Of a stretch of DNA of 64,000 bases, positions 53,600 through 64,000 are shown piece after piece. The stretch comes from Candidatus Methylomirabilota bacterium (GTDB taxonomy: Bacteria; Methylomirabilota; Methylomirabilia; Rokubacteriales; CSP1-6). The translations under genes were made by a program, and so were the position numbers. Below the pieces are notes generated by a model. That model worked only from the letters and a program-made list of their open reading frames with translations. It was not told the DNA's origin and made no database searches. Location: NCBI GenBank assembly GCA_035762565.1, contig DASTOJ010000005.1, forward strand, positions 23,794 through 87,793, read 5' to 3'. Position 1 is the stretch's first letter. Each line of letters opens with the position of its first letter.

Positions 53600-53867
53600 C
53601 AGCGCGGATTCTAGCAGCCCTCACGGCCGGCCGCCGGTCACCTGCCGGCCGCGCGGAACTGCCCCGCCACCGCCATGAACGTCGCGTCGCCGGGCGTCGT
53701 GCCCAGACTGGGCACCATCGCGCCGAGGTGCTGGATGCTCGGTGTCCTGGAGGCGCCGGCCAGGTCGTGGACGAGGATGATCAGCGGCCACTGCCTTTGG
53801 GAGCCGGTCTCCGGCGGAGCGATGGAGCGTGGAGAGGCGCCGCCCAAGCGCGTGATACGATTGCGCA

Positions 53868-53943
53868 GAGCCGTTAGCTCAGTCGGTAGAGCACCTGACT
53901 TTTAATCAGGGGGTCCTCGGTTCGATCCCGAGACGGCTCACCA
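53868..53943 (+). tRNA. tRNA-Lys (anticodon TTT)
   Basis: A 76-nt cloverleaf folded by hand. Acceptor GAGCCGT/ACGGCTC, D-arm GCTC/GAGC, anticodon stem CCTGA/TCAGG with loop CTTTTAA, T-arm CTCGG-TTCGATC-CCGAG, encoded CCA. Confidence 0.9.
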
Positions 53944-54290
53944 CTTTACGGCGCACTCAGCTTCCGATGCGCGTTCGCTTGCTGTCTCCCTGCTGTGGCG
54001 CTCGGTCTCGTTGGACGCCTGGCGCCAGGACGCCATCCAGCTCGCCGCAACCGCGCGCACGTGCTCGGGCGCGAGGTGAGCGTACCGTTGACCGTCGTCG
54101 GCGTCGAGTGACCCAGCAGCTCCTTCAGCTCGCAGAGCGACGCGCGCCGCTGGACGGCCCAGCTCGCCAACGTGTCTGCCTGGTCGTGCCAGTGTAGGTC
54201 GGTCGGCTTCGCGCGCTTGACGGCGCGCACCATCACGCGCGTGATCTGCTGTCGGATCAGGGGCGACGCCGCGGCGGGGTTCACCTACTT
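53944..54290 (-). pseudogene. tyrosine recombinase/phage integrase C-terminal remnant (frameshifted, catalytic residues lost)
   Basis: One frame reads VKRAKPTDLHWHDQADTLASWAVQRRASLCELKELLGHS, where HDQADT replaces the usual HDLRHT. Another frame reads QRYAHLAPEHVRAV. The remnant lies immediately 3' of tRNA-Lys. Confidence 0.6.
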
Positions 54291-54329
54291 CGTGGCGACC
54301 TGGTTCGCGGGGTGGCCGCTCGGCAGGTC

Positions 54330-55318
54330 GGGCCGCGGCAGTCTGAGCGAGATCGCTCAGCACTTCGACGCCCAGCTGGTCGAGCAGATTGCGCGCCGCT
54401 GGTTGGCGTGGGTGCCCGACCCCTTGACGGTCGCCGAGCGCGCCGCGGGCTATCCCTGGCGCTTGTCGATTCACCAGGCAGAATTCAGCGACAACGTGAT
54501 CTTCCATCGCACCGAGGTCCTGAATCGGGTCTACGAGGACCTCCTCCGCGATCACCTGCATCTCGGCCGCCCCGACATGCTCAAGGTCGTCTTCGATCGC
54601 CAGATCCGGCGGAACACGCCGGGGACCTTCAAGACCCGCCTGCTCCGGCAGGGGGTGGTGAGCTGTCTGAAGGTCTTCTACAAGCCGGGTGCGGCGGACC
54701 GAGGTTTGCGTGAATGACCCTCAGGACTTTAGGATTGGCCGGAGCCTGGTGCACCTGGGGTACTTGGGCACGGTCGCGTATCACGCGATCACGCGCTTCT
54801 TGAACGCGCAAGCGGTGGCGCTGGCCACCGCCTTGGACTGCTCGACTTTCGAGCGGCTGGTCACCCCCTCCATCGAGGGAGGGCAACACGTCGCCGGACT
54901 TCGGTTCGGCACCCCTCAGGTCATGCGGCTGCTGGCCGCCCTCGGGTGTGCCGGGCTCACCTTCAAGGCCTTCTCCCACGCCGAGCTGCGCGCGCTGTTG
55001 GTCGACGGCTTCGGCGCCGAGGCCGCCGACGTGACGGCCGCGCGGCTGAGCTACCAGCTCACCAAGCTGCGGGCCAAGGGCCTGCTGCGGAAGGTGGCGG
55101 GCCGGAACCGCTATACCCTGACCGATCGTGGCTATCGCGTGACGGTGTACTGCACCAAGCTACACGAGCGCCTGCTCTCGCCTACGCTCGACAGCCTCGA
55201 TCGCGCCCTATGCTCCGCCCTCGTCGCTTCGTCGCATGGGTTCGATCGTGCCCTGGTCGACCTCAACACCCACTTCGATCATCTGGCCGAGCTATCCGGC
55301 CTGAAAGTCGCGGCATGA
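54330..55318 (+). pseudogene. 5'-truncated, frameshifted remnant of a conserved hypothetical protein family (AAGY..LS..QAEFS / DPQDFRIGR motifs)
   Basis: Frame 1 reads ERAAGYPWRLSIHQAEFSDNVIF...GRPDMLKVVFDRQIRR...FYK. After a shift near 54690-54720, frame 2 reads RTEVCVNDPQDFRIGRSL...YQLTKLRAKGLLRKVAGRNRYTLTDRGYRV (winged-helix-like). The expected N-terminal half is missing. Confidence 0.5.
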
Positions 55319-55358
55319 AACCCAGAGAAAATTCGCAGTTCATGGTCGTTCAGTATTC

Positions 55359-56096
55359 CTAGAGAGTCCGTGCAACCAGCGCCGCGCCGGCCATGAACAG
55401 TGCGGCAGCGATGATTCGCGCTGCTGTGGCAGGCGCCAGACGAAGGTGGGCGCGATGACCCACCCACACCCCGGCCCAGGCCACGGGCAGCAAGGCCGCG
55501 AGCGCGAGCCAGAGCGCGGCGGAGACGAGTAGCCCGGCGACAGCGAAGGCGACAACCCGCAATCCGACGTTGAGGATCACCATCTGCGAGATGGTAGCGC
55601 GTTGCGCATGCGGCTCGGCAATCCGGCCGGCGAGGTACATGACGTACGGTGGACCGCCCATGCCGAAGAGTGCTCCGACGAGCCCGCCCACGATGCCGGC
55701 GGGCGCCGCCCAGTACCGACTCAGTCGCCGTCGGGTTTCGCGACGGAACATCAGGTTGACGGCATAGGTGCACACGAACAGGCCGAGCGCCAGCAGGGTC
55801 GCGTCGCGCGGCAGGCGGAGGAGCAACGTGACGCCCAGGGTGAGCCCGAGGAGCGTGAAGGGCACGAGGGTCACGAGCTCTCGGGAGTCGGCCTGCCGGC
55901 GCGTGTGGAAGCCGAGCGGCAGCGCCGAGCCGAGATCGAGGAGAGCGGCCAAGGGGAGCACAAAGGCCAGAGGGAAGAGGTGGACAAGAATGGGAATCGT
56001 GATCGGCGACGCGCCGAACCCCGTGATGCCGAACACGAGGTACGCGGCGAAGATCACGAGTGGCACGAGCAGCAGCACGTCGTGAGGGCTCGTCAC
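55359..56096 (-). CDS. sulfite exporter TauE/SafE family membrane protein
   Basis: GTG at 56096 gives 245 aa. Multi-TM protein with FGITGFGASPITIPIL and GALFGMGGPPYVMYL repeats, typical of DUF81. Confidence 0.8.
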   Translation of the reverse strand: MTSPHDVLLLVPLVIFAAYLVFGITGFGASPITIPILVHLFPLAFVLPLAALLDLGSALPLGFHTRRQADSRELVTLVPFTLLGLTLGVTLLLRLPRDATLLALGLFVCTYAVNLMFRRETRRRLSRYWAAPAGIVGGLVGALFGMGGPPYVMYLAGRIAEPHAQRATISQMVILNVGLRVVAFAVAGLLVSAALWLALAALLPVAWAGVWVGHRAHLRLAPATAARIIAAALFMAGAALVARTL

Positions 56097-56336
56097 ATCG
56101 TCACCGCCGGACACTATCAGCAGGCCGGCCCGAGATCCGAGGCACCAGCGCCGGTCACCGCAGGCGGCGCGTTCGGCCACCCCCGCTCGCCACCGGGCGC
56201 GGCTGGCCCTCGTACGGACGGGGCCGATCACCGGCTCCGTCGAGTGCGGCGCTGATCGCGGGATGCTGCTCACATGGTGGCGGGGGTTCGCGACGGACGC
56301 CCGCGCCGCGGCCGTGGGCTCGGTGCCCAGGGAGCG

Positions 56337-56894
56337 TCAGGTCAGGTTCATGCGGTGAAGCATCGCATTTCCGGCCTGCTCGAGGCGTCTCACGCGGCGT
56401 GACAGCACCATGAGAATGCGCCTCACCAGATCCGGTGTCTCATTCAGCAGCCTCCAGAAGTGCAAGCGGTCGACCACCAGCAGCCGCAGATCCGTCACCG
56501 CGGTGACCGTGGCTGAGCGGGGCTCCCCATCGAGCAGGCTCATCTCGCCGAAGAAGTCCCCCGGCCGTAGCGGATCGCCGACGACACCGACCGGGGTCCG
56601 CACCGACACACGCCCGTCGACGATGACGAAGAACGAATCGCCCGGTGTTCCCATCTCCGTCACGACGGTCCCAGCGGGAGTCTCGACGGTCTTCGAGATG
56701 TCAGCGATCCGACGCAGCTCATCATCAGTGCAATCGGCGAATAGCGGGACTCGCCGGAGATGCTCGATCCGAGCGTCGCCCGAGGGCATTGCAACAACGT
56801 CTCGCGTGTCTGCTTCCGCGGGACCACGCAGGGGCAAGATGTCTGGGCGATGTAAGGGCAAGATATCGTCGGGTCTACTGGGAACCTCCATCAC
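56337..56894 (-). CDS. cyclic nucleotide-binding domain protein (no DNA-binding domain)
   Basis: Motifs: LRRVPLFADCTDDEL, GDSFFVIVDGRV, FFGEMSLLDGEPRSATVTA. At 185 aa there is no room for an HTH. Confidence 0.8.
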   Translation of the reverse strand: MMEVPSRPDDILPLHRPDILPLRGPAEADTRDVVAMPSGDARIEHLRRVPLFADCTDDELRRIADISKTVETPAGTVVTEMGTPGDSFFVIVDGRVSVRTPVGVVGDPLRPGDFFGEMSLLDGEPRSATVTAVTDLRLLVVDRLHFWRLLNETPDLVRRILMVLSRRVRRLEQAGNAMLHRMNLT

Positions 56895-57212
56895 CGCGAT
56901 CCCTTCCTGTGTCCTCGAAGTCCGGCCGCAGGTAAGCCCTTCGGGCCCGCCGGGAAGCCGCCCGGGAAGCGGGGACGGGTATTGCCGACGTTAGGGCCGG
57001 AAACGGCCGAGGTCAAGCGGTTCGTTGGCCCGAGGCCGACGGGCCTCGGCGCACCCGGGATGGGCGTCTCGCCGCGCCAGTTCTGGAAAACTTTCTCCTA
57101 CTTCCGGCGGAGGGAAACGGCTTTCCCATACCTTGTGACTGGCACCGTGCTTGCGTGCTTTGGACACGCAATGACCCGTCCTCGTCCCCAGCAACGACGG
57201 CCCATTGCACCG

Positions 57213-57662
57213 ATGGCGCGCCCGCATCGGAATGACCGAGCCGAGCCGGTCCCCCATGTCCGAGTGCTGGTCGTCGACGACCACGCCGACACCCGTGAGT
57301 TGCTGTTCACGATCCTCAAGACCGAGGGGTACGAGGTCGCGCTGGCCGAGGACGGCGAGGTGGGGGTGCAGCGCTACCGCGAGCGCCCGGCCGACATCGT
57401 GTTGATGGATCTGTTCATGCCCCGCAAGGGCGGCGTCACCGCCATCCGTGAGCTGTGCGCCGAGTTTCCCGGTGTCACCATCGTCGCGATGTCCGGCGAC
57501 ATGGGCACCGCGTGGCACGACGCGCTAGCGGACGCCCGCACCGCCGGGGCCCGGCTGACGCTGCGCAAGCCGCTGGAGCCGTGGGTGCTGCTGCGCGCGC
57601 TCGACGGTCTCGTGGCCGCCCGCAGGACGCTGTCGGACGACGGTCTCCACCGCAGCGCCTGA
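57213..57662 (+). CDS. single-domain response regulator (CheY-like receiver)
   Basis: Motifs: VLVVDDHADTRELL, IVLMDLFMPRKGG, IVAMSG, LRKPL. The start is uncertain (ATG 57213 or 57171). Confidence 0.75.
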   Translation: MARPHRNDRAEPVPHVRVLVVDDHADTRELLFTILKTEGYEVALAEDGEVGVQRYRERPADIVLMDLFMPRKGGVTAIRELCAEFPGVTIVAMSGDMGTAWHDALADARTAGARLTLRKPLEPWVLLRALDGLVAARRTLSDDGLHRSA

Positions 57663-57677
57663 CGCCCGGCGGCTGGA

Positions 57678-58883
57678 TCAGGCCGCCCGCCGCTCCTCGA
57701 TCGCCTGCGCGCGGGCTTCCTCGTCGGTCCGCGGGTGGTGGAAGCGCTCGAGCGCGGCGATGGCGGTCGCGACCCGCAGGGCCGTCGTGACGACCCCGCT
57801 TCCCGCCTCCGCGACCTGCGCGACGGGCCGGCGCCGCAGGAGCCAGCCGGCCGCCACGCCGGCGCCCAGCACCGCGAGCGGGCCCCATCCCCGCCGGCGC
57901 GCCTCGCCCACCCAGCGCGCGACGGCCTCGCCCGCGACGGCGACGTCGTCCGGGCCGGGCTCCGGCGCCGCCACCCGGTCGGTGGGGGGCTCCAGCTCGC
58001 CAGGGGCCTTGGCGGTCACCGCGCCGCGCTCGGCGGCGGCGTGCTCGATCTCGGCGTTGATCTCCGCGCCCACGAGCAGCACGAAACCGGAGAGATAGAG
58101 CCACAGCATCAGCAGAATGACGCCGCCGATCGAGCCGTAGGTCGCGCCGTAATCGGCGAAGTTGGCGACGTACCAGCGCAGGCCGAGGGACATCGCCAGC
58201 CACAGCGCGAGCGCCACGACCGACCCGGGCGTCACCCAGCGCCAGTGCGTCCGCGTGGCCGGGGCGAAGTAGTAGACGAGCGCGATGCCGATCAGGACGA
58301 AGGCCATGACCACCGGCACGCTGACCACGTTCCAGACCAGGGTGAACAGCGGGCCGAGCCCCATCCGGCCGGCAAGCGCCTCGCCGATGCGCGGGCCGAA
58401 CACGATCAGCACGAGCGCCGTGAGGATGAAGACGGAGAAGCCGATCGTGAGCAGGACCGCCACGAGGCGGCGCTTCCACCACGACCGCGGGTCCTCCACG
58501 TCGTAGGCGACGTTGAGCGTGTTCATCATCGAGGCCATGCCGGCCGAGGCCGCCCACAGGGCGGCCAGCACGCCGATCGAGAGCAGGCCTCCGCGGGCGC
58601 CGGCCTGGATCTCGCCGAGGGTCCTGGTCACGATCGAGGAAGCGTCCCCCGGCAACGCGTGGTTGGCGTACGCCAGCAAGCGGTCCATCAGGCCGGGCAG
58701 CGGCAGGAGGCCGAGCAGCGAGGTGAGGAACAGGAGAGTCGGGAACAGCGCGAACAGGAAGTAGTAGGCGAGCGCGGCCGCGCGGTCGGCCACTTCGTCC
58801 TTGGAGATCTCGCTCCACACGCGGCGGCCGAGCTCGCGCACGGAGAGACCACCGAGGTTCCACGGCGACGGGGCGTCGGCCAT
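57678..58883 (-). CDS. YihY/BrkB (virulence factor BrkB) family membrane protein
   Basis: ATG at 58883. Motifs: AAALAYYFLFALFPTLLFL, YGATYGSIGGVILLMLWLYLSGFVLLVGAEINA. Confidence 0.85.
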   Translation of the reverse strand: MADAPSPWNLGGLSVRELGRRVWSEISKDEVADRAAALAYYFLFALFPTLLFLTSLLGLLPLPGLMDRLLAYANHALPGDASSIVTRTLGEIQAGARGGLLSIGVLAALWAASAGMASMMNTLNVAYDVEDPRSWWKRRLVAVLLTIGFSVFILTALVLIVFGPRIGEALAGRMGLGPLFTLVWNVVSVPVVMAFVLIGIALVYYFAPATRTHWRWVTPGSVVALALWLAMSLGLRWYVANFADYGATYGSIGGVILLMLWLYLSGFVLLVGAEINAEIEHAAAERGAVTAKAPGELEPPTDRVAAPEPGPDDVAVAGEAVARWVGEARRRGWGPLAVLGAGVAAGWLLRRRPVAQVAEAGSGVVTTALRVATAIAALERFHHPRTDEEARAQAIEERRAA

Positions 58884-58988
58884 GCCCTCCTCGTTGCAGC
58901 CGGCGTGCCGTCCAGGGCCCGATTCCAGCCGATTCCGTTGACAAACGCCCGGGCGAGACGTCAGGATCGGCCGGGGGGAAGCCTTTCC

Positions 58989-61061
58989 ATGAGCACCGGC
59001 ACCGAGCAGGCACGCCTCGATCTCCTGACGATCAACACGATCCGGACGCTCTCGATGGACGCCGTGCAGGCGGCGAACTCCGGGCACCCGGGGACGCCGA
59101 TGGCGCTGGCGCCCGTCGCCTACACCCTCTGGCAACGCTGCCTCCGCTTCGATCCCGACGACCCGATCTGGCCGAACCGCGACCGGTTCGTGCTCTCGGC
59201 CGGCCACGCCTCGATGCTGATCTACTCCTTGCTGCACCTCGCCTCCGTCAAGGCCGTGAACCCGCAGTACGAGCGCCTGGGCGAGCTGTCCGTCAAGCTC
59301 GACGACATCAAGCGCTTCCGCCAGCTCGACAGCAAGTGCGCGGGCCACCCGGAGTACCGGTGGACGTCGGGCATCGAGACCACGACCGGCCCGCTCGGCG
59401 CCGGCGTGGCGACGAGCGTCGGCATGGCCATCGCCGGCGCGTGGCAGGCCCGGCACTTCAACCGGCCCGGCTTCGAGATGTTCGACTACGACGTCTACGC
59501 GGTGGCCGGGGACGGCTGCATGATGGAGGGCATCTCGGGCGAGGCCGCCTCGCTGGCCGGCCACCTCAGGCTCGCCAACCTGTGCTGGATCTACGACAAC
59601 AACAAGATCACGATCGAGGGTCACACCGAATGGGCCTTCAGCGAGGATGTTGCGACCCGCTTCATCGCCTACGGCTGGAATGTGACCCGGGTCGGCGACG
59701 CCAACGACCTCGAGATGCTCGAGCGCGCCCTCGAGACCTTCAAGAACGAGAAGGAGCGGCCGACGCTCATCATCGTCGACAGCCACATCGCCTGGGGCTC
59801 ACCCAACAAGCAGGACACCCACGCCGCCCACGGCGAGCCCCTCGGCGAGGAGGAGATCAAGCTCACCAAGCGCAACTACGGCTGGCCGGAGAACGAGAAG
59901 TTCCTGGTGCCCGACGGCGTGCGCGAGCACTTCGCGGCCGGCCTGGGCGCTCGCGGCAAGGGTCTGCGCAAGCAATGGATGGCGCTCTACGAGCAGTACC
60001 GCGGCAAGCACCCTGACCTGGCCGACCAGCTGATCCGCATGCAGCGGCGCGAGCTGCCGGCCGGCTGGGACAAGGACCTCGCGCCGTATCCGGCCGACCC
60101 CAAGGGCGCGGCCGGCCGCGACGTCTCCGGCAAGGTGCTCAACACGCTGGCCCAGAACGTGCCGTGGCTGCTGGGCGGCTCGGCCGACCTGGCGCCGTCG
60201 ACCAAGACCCGGCTGACCTTCGAGGGCGCCGGCGACTTCACGCCCCACGACCACGGCGGGCGCAACTTCCACTTCGGCATCCGCGAGCACGCCATGGGCG
60301 CCGTGCTGAACGGGCTGGCGCTCTCGAAGGTCCGCGCCTACGGCTCCGGCTTCATGATCTTCAGCGACTACATGCGGGCGCCCATCCGCCTGAGCGCCAT
60401 CATGGAGATCCCGGTCATCTACATCTTCACCCACGACTCCATCGGCGTCGGCGAGGACGGCCCGACCCACCAGCCCATCGAGCACCTGGCCTCGCTACGC
60501 GCGATTCCCGGCCTCATCACGCTGCGCCCCGGCGACGCCAACGAGGTGCTGGAGGCCTGGAAGCTCGTCATGCAGCTCAAGCACGAGCCGGTGGCGCTGA
60601 TCCTCTCGCGCCAGGCGATGCCGACGTTCGACCGCACGAAGTTCGGCGCCGCGTCGGGCGTGGCCAAGGGTGCGTACGTCCTGGCGGATGCGCCGGGCGG
60701 CAAGCCGGATGTGCTCCTCATGGCCACCGGCAGCGAGGTCGGCCTGGCGGTGAGCGCGTGGGAGGCGCTGGCCAGGGACGGCGTGAAGGCCCGCGTGATC
60801 AGCATGCCCTCGTGGGAGCTGTTCGACCACCAGAGCCAGGAGTACCGCGACAGCGTCCTGCCGCCGTCGGTCACCGCGCGGGTGTCGGTCGAGCAGGCCT
60901 CGACCTTCGGCTGGCACCGCTACGTGGGCACCACCGGCGAGGCCATCGGCATGACGACGTTCGGCGCCTCCGCCCCGCTCAAGGAGCTGCAGAAGAAGTT
61001 CGGGTTCACCGTCGAGGCGGTGGTGGCGGCGGCCAAGAAGCAGCTCGCGCGGGGTCGGTGA
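58989..61061 (+). CDS. tkt: transketolase
   Basis: Motifs: [57 protein letters not shown]. Confidence 0.95.
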   Translation: MSTGTEQARLDLLTINTIRTLSMDAVQAANSGHPGTPMALAPVAYTLWQRCLRFDPDDPIWPNRDRFVLSAGHASMLIYSLLHLASVKAVNPQYERLGELSVKLDDIKRFRQLDSKCAGHPEYRWTSGIETTTGPLGAGVATSVGMAIAGAWQARHFNRPGFEMFDYDVYAVAGDGCMMEGISGEAASLAGHLRLANLCWIYDNNKITIEGHTEWAFSEDVATRFIAYGWNVTRVGDANDLEMLERALETFKNEKERPTLIIVDSHIAWGSPNKQDTHAAHGEPLGEEEIKLTKRNYGWPENEKFLVPDGVREHFAAGLGARGKGLRKQWMALYEQYRGKHPDLADQLIRMQRRELPAGWDKDLAPYPADPKGAAGRDVSGKVLNTLAQNVPWLLGGSADLAPSTKTRLTFEGAGDFTPHDHGGRNFHFGIREHAMGAVLNGLALSKVRAYGSGFMIFSDYMRAPIRLSAIMEIPVIYIFTHDSIGVGEDGPTHQPIEHLASLRAIPGLITLRPGDANEVLEAWKLVMQLKHEPVALILSRQAMPTFDRTKFGAASGVAKGAYVLADAPGGKPDVLLMATGSEVGLAVSAWEALARDGVKARVISMPSWELFDHQSQEYRDSVLPPSVTARVSVEQASTFGWHRYVGTTGEAIGMTTFGASAPLKELQKKFGFTVEAVVAAAKKQLARGR

Positions 61062-61188
61062 CCGCCGAGCGGCCGCGCGCCGGAGGCCCGGGCACGGCCA
61101 CCGCGACAGATTTACAAGCGGCCGCGCTGCCGGCACGGGGGTTGCTCTCGTATGACGCTGAACCTCGATCACGGAAGAGGGGGCAGTC

Positions 61189-61662
61189 ATGCGAGTCAAG
61201 CACGTGATGACGAAGGATCCGAGCTCCTGTGTGCCAACCGACACGGCGCCGAGGGCGGCGAGCATCATGCGCAACGAGAACGCCGGAAGCGTTCCCGTCG
61301 TCGACAACGAACAGAACCAGAAGGTCGTCGGGATCGTCACGGATCGCGACCTCTGCATGAACGTCGTCGCCGAGGGCCGGGACCCGACGGCCGTGACGGT
61401 CGAGGCGTGCATGACGACCACGGTGGTGACCTGCACGGCCAACGACTCCCTTCAGAAGGCGACGGAGCTGATGAAGGAGAACCAGATCCGCCGCGTTCCC
61501 GTCGTCGATGACGCGGGCCGGCTCCAGGGCATCGTGTCGATCGCCGACCTGGTCAGCCGCGGCGAGATCAAGACGACGGAGACGCACGACACGCTGAAGA
61601 GGGTCTCGGCGCCGACCTCCGAGCCCAGCAAACCCCGGGCGAGGTCGAGGCGCGCCGCCTAG
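61189..61662 (+). CDS. CBS domain pair protein
   Basis: ATG after GGAAGAGGGGG. Two CBS repeats: VKHVMT...VPVVD...VGIVTDRDL and VEACMT...RRVPVVDDAGRLQGIVSIADL. Confidence 0.85.
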   Translation: MRVKHVMTKDPSSCVPTDTAPRAASIMRNENAGSVPVVDNEQNQKVVGIVTDRDLCMNVVAEGRDPTAVTVEACMTTTVVTCTANDSLQKATELMKENQIRRVPVVDDAGRLQGIVSIADLVSRGEIKTTETHDTLKRVSAPTSEPSKPRARSRRAA

Positions 61663-61669
61663 GCGCCCC

Positions 61670-62206
61670 TCAGTCGCGCGCCAGCTGCAGGGTGGCGGCC
61701 TCCTCGGTCAGGCGGCCGCCAACCGGCACGTGACGGAGCCGATGCCACACGCGGTCGACCTCGGCCAGCACGACGTCGTCGGGCTGGTGGATGTCGATGG
61801 GGTTGGCGGTGGGTACCCAGCACGGCCGCCCGGTGACCCAGAACACCTCCGTGCGATTGCCCTCGGGGTCGAAGAAGTAGCAGCCGATGGCGCTCGCGTG
61901 ATTGACGACGCCCTCGATACGGTATCCCTCGGCCACCAGCCGGCGGTGGAAGGCGCGGAGGTCGTCGAGGCTGTCGACGCCCAGCGAGATCTGCTGGATG
62001 AGATGGGGATCGTCCGCCGACGGGCGGCCGCGCATCAGCGCGATCTCGTGGTCGACGGCGGCCGGGTCCGCGCTGAGGAAGACGGCGCCGGCGCGCCAGT
62101 TCTGCTTGGTCACGTGCATGCCCAGCAGATCACGGTAGAAGGCGACCATCCGCTCCAGGTTGCGCACGTAGATGCCGACGTGTCCGAGCCTCGTGACCCG
62201 TGCCAT
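61670..62206 (-). CDS. VOC family protein (glyoxalase/extradiol dioxygenase fold)
   Basis: ATG at 62206. Motifs: LGHVGIYVRNLERMVAFYRDLLGM, HEIAL, YFFDPEGNRTEVF. Confidence 0.8.
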   Translation of the reverse strand: MARVTRLGHVGIYVRNLERMVAFYRDLLGMHVTKQNWRAGAVFLSADPAAVDHEIALMRGRPSADDPHLIQQISLGVDSLDDLRAFHRRLVAEGYRIEGVVNHASAIGCYFFDPEGNRTEVFWVTGRPCWVPTANPIDIHQPDDVVLAEVDRVWHRLRHVPVGGRLTEEAATLQLARD

Positions 62207-62385
62207 GGCGTCCCCCTGCGTGTCTGCGTGGGCACCGCTGACGGCCGACACTCGAGCGTGGTGGGAGTCTACTCAACCCCACCGACGTGAGCAACAACCC
62301 GGCCGCCCTGGACGTCGCGGAGGGCCGAAGGAGACGTCGCGCACTCCGGCAGCGACGAGCGCGGTCGTGGCGGCCACCCGTGGTC

Positions 62386-63113
<728 letters not shown>

Positions 63114-63114
<1 letters not shown>

Positions 63115-63854
63115 CAGCGCTGCCGCCGCCGGCCGAAGTACGCGTCGATGACCCGCTCGTCGTGCCGGATCTCGGCGGGCGGACCCTCGGCGATCTTCAC
63201 GCCGTAGTCCATCACGAAGATCCGCTCGCAGTGGTTCATGATCACGTTCATGTCGTGCTCGACGATGAGGATCGTCTTGCCGCGCTCCTGGAGCCGGTGG
63301 ATGTGGTCGAGCAGGTGCTGGAGCAGCGTGCGGTTGACCCCGGCGGCCGGCTCGTCGAGCAGGATGAGGTCGGGATCGGTCATGAGCGCGCGGGCGAACT
63401 CCAGCAGCTTCTGCTGGCCGTACGACAGCCGGCCGCCGTATTCGGTGCGCAGGTGGGTGAGATTCACCAGCGCCAGCAGCTCCTCGGCGCGGGCGCGGGC
63501 GGCGCGGTCGGGCACGGCGAGCGCGGTCACGGACAGCATGTTCTCGAACACCGTCATCTCCCGGAAGACGCGGGTGATCTGGAACGTGCGGGTGATGCCC
63601 CGGTGGAACACCTGGAATGGCTTGAGCCCCGCGATGTCGTCGCCCAGGTAGAGCACCTGACCGGCATCGGGGGTCACGACCCCGGTCAGGAGGTTGAAGG
63701 TCGTGGTCTTGCCGGAGCCATTGGGGCCGATGAGGCCGGAGATCTTGCCGCGGGGGACGGCGAAGCTGCAGCCGTCCACGGCCCGTACCCCGCCGAACGC
63801 CTTGCGTAGGTCCCGCACGTCGAGCGCGATGGCGCCGGGCGTCTCGCTCGTCAA
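63114..63854 (-). CDS. livG: branched-chain amino acid ABC transporter ATP-binding protein (LivG-like)
   Basis: A TTG start at 63854 overlaps the upstream permease stop. Motifs: GPNGSGKTTTFN, LSYGQQKLLEFARAL, LDEPAAGVN. Confidence 0.8.
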
Positions 63855-64000
63855 TGGACCATCCCCTTGCGGACCCAGCCCCGGTCGATGGCGAAGCCGA
63901 TGAGGCCGCGGGGCATGAAGCGGGCGACGACGATGATGAAGAGGCCGTAGGCGATGAGGTGCGCCGAGGGGAAGTTCACCCACGTCAGCTCCTGGGCCGT
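63851..64000 (-). CDS. branched-chain amino acid ABC transporter permease, C-terminal end (partial, continues beyond window)
   Basis: The reverse strand translates to ...LIAYGLFIIVVARFMPRGLIGFAIDRGWVRKGMVH-stop. This is the typical LivM/LivH C-terminus (..P.GL.G). Confidence 0.55.
   Translation of the reverse strand, partial: TAQELTWVNFPSAHLIAYGLFIIVVARFMPRGLIGFAIDRGWVRKGMVH

Noticed and set aside
53638-53847. A 69-aa - strand ORF between the receiver gene and tRNA-Lys, with a PLIILVHDLAG stretch reminiscent of an alpha/beta-hydrolase N-terminus.
   Set aside because: The similarity is limited to ~10 residues and there is no nucleophile elbow or further motifs. This is not enough to call a gene or a remnant.
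53944-57700. A search by eye for a direct repeat of the tRNA-Lys 3' end (GGTTCGATCCCGAGACGGCTCACCA) that would mark the far end of an integrated island.
   Set aside because: No convincing copy was found. The only partial match (TTCGATCCCGA near 59150) lies inside tkt and looks fortuitous, so the island boundaries cannot be defined from this window.
57735-58988. An N-terminal 418-aa extension of the transketolase ORF (ORF 57735..61061).
   Set aside because: The extension is antisense to the well-supported YihY/BrkB gene. Transketolase similarity begins at ATG 58989 ([19 protein letters not shown]).

Overview
This is a very GC-rich bacterial chromosomal segment, roughly 70% GC by eye (not computed). 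Most real genes are on the + strand, and many are translationally coupled through ATGA/GTGA overlaps.

The core of the window (22.6-39.0 kb) is a complete division/cell-wall (dcw) cluster in the order mraZ-rsmH-ftsL-ftsI-murE-murF-mraY-murD-ftsW-murC-murB-ftsQ-ftsA-ftsZ. murG and ddl are conspicuously absent from it. The cluster runs straight into the conserved pgeF-yggS-proC-yggT-divIVA-yggU block.

Downstream of that block:
- mtnA and a SagB-type dehydrogenase
- a serine-pathway trio: class-V aminotransferase, serA, histidine phosphatase
- hisZ-purA
- a small regulatory patch of orphan receiver domains
- tRNA-Lys with a decayed integrase and a degraded element
- tkt
- the start of a liv-type ABC transporter operon on the - strand

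The 5' part (1-8.4 kb) is the least ordinary. It holds a tightly coupled five-gene unit:
- a PRMT-like methyltransferase with a possible RRE-like tail
- a PF14907-like nucleotidyltransferase
- a stand-alone MetE catalytic domain
- a 934-aa crotonyl-CoA-reductase-like/enoyl-CoA-hydratase fusion
- a NYN nuclease-like protein

This unit is followed by a small protein with a VILDRR motif, an orphan receiver and a secreted thermonuclease.

Further notable points:
- A family of ~240-260 bp imperfect palindromic elements has two copies here, one inside the dcw cluster.
- Short GCGAGCC-core repeats occur in several intergenic spots.
- Several genes have -10 boxes placed 5-9 nt from the start codon, suggesting leaderless transcripts.
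- Three MraZ-type direct repeats sit in front of mraZ.
- There are several gene remnants: an LLM oxidoreductase, an ABC substrate-binding protein, an ABC permease and an integrase.

The many long ORFs antisense to, or out of frame with, conserved genes are high-GC artefacts. All functional calls come from my own recognition of motifs in the translated ORFs; no database search was run. Taxonomy cannot be assigned from the sequence alone.
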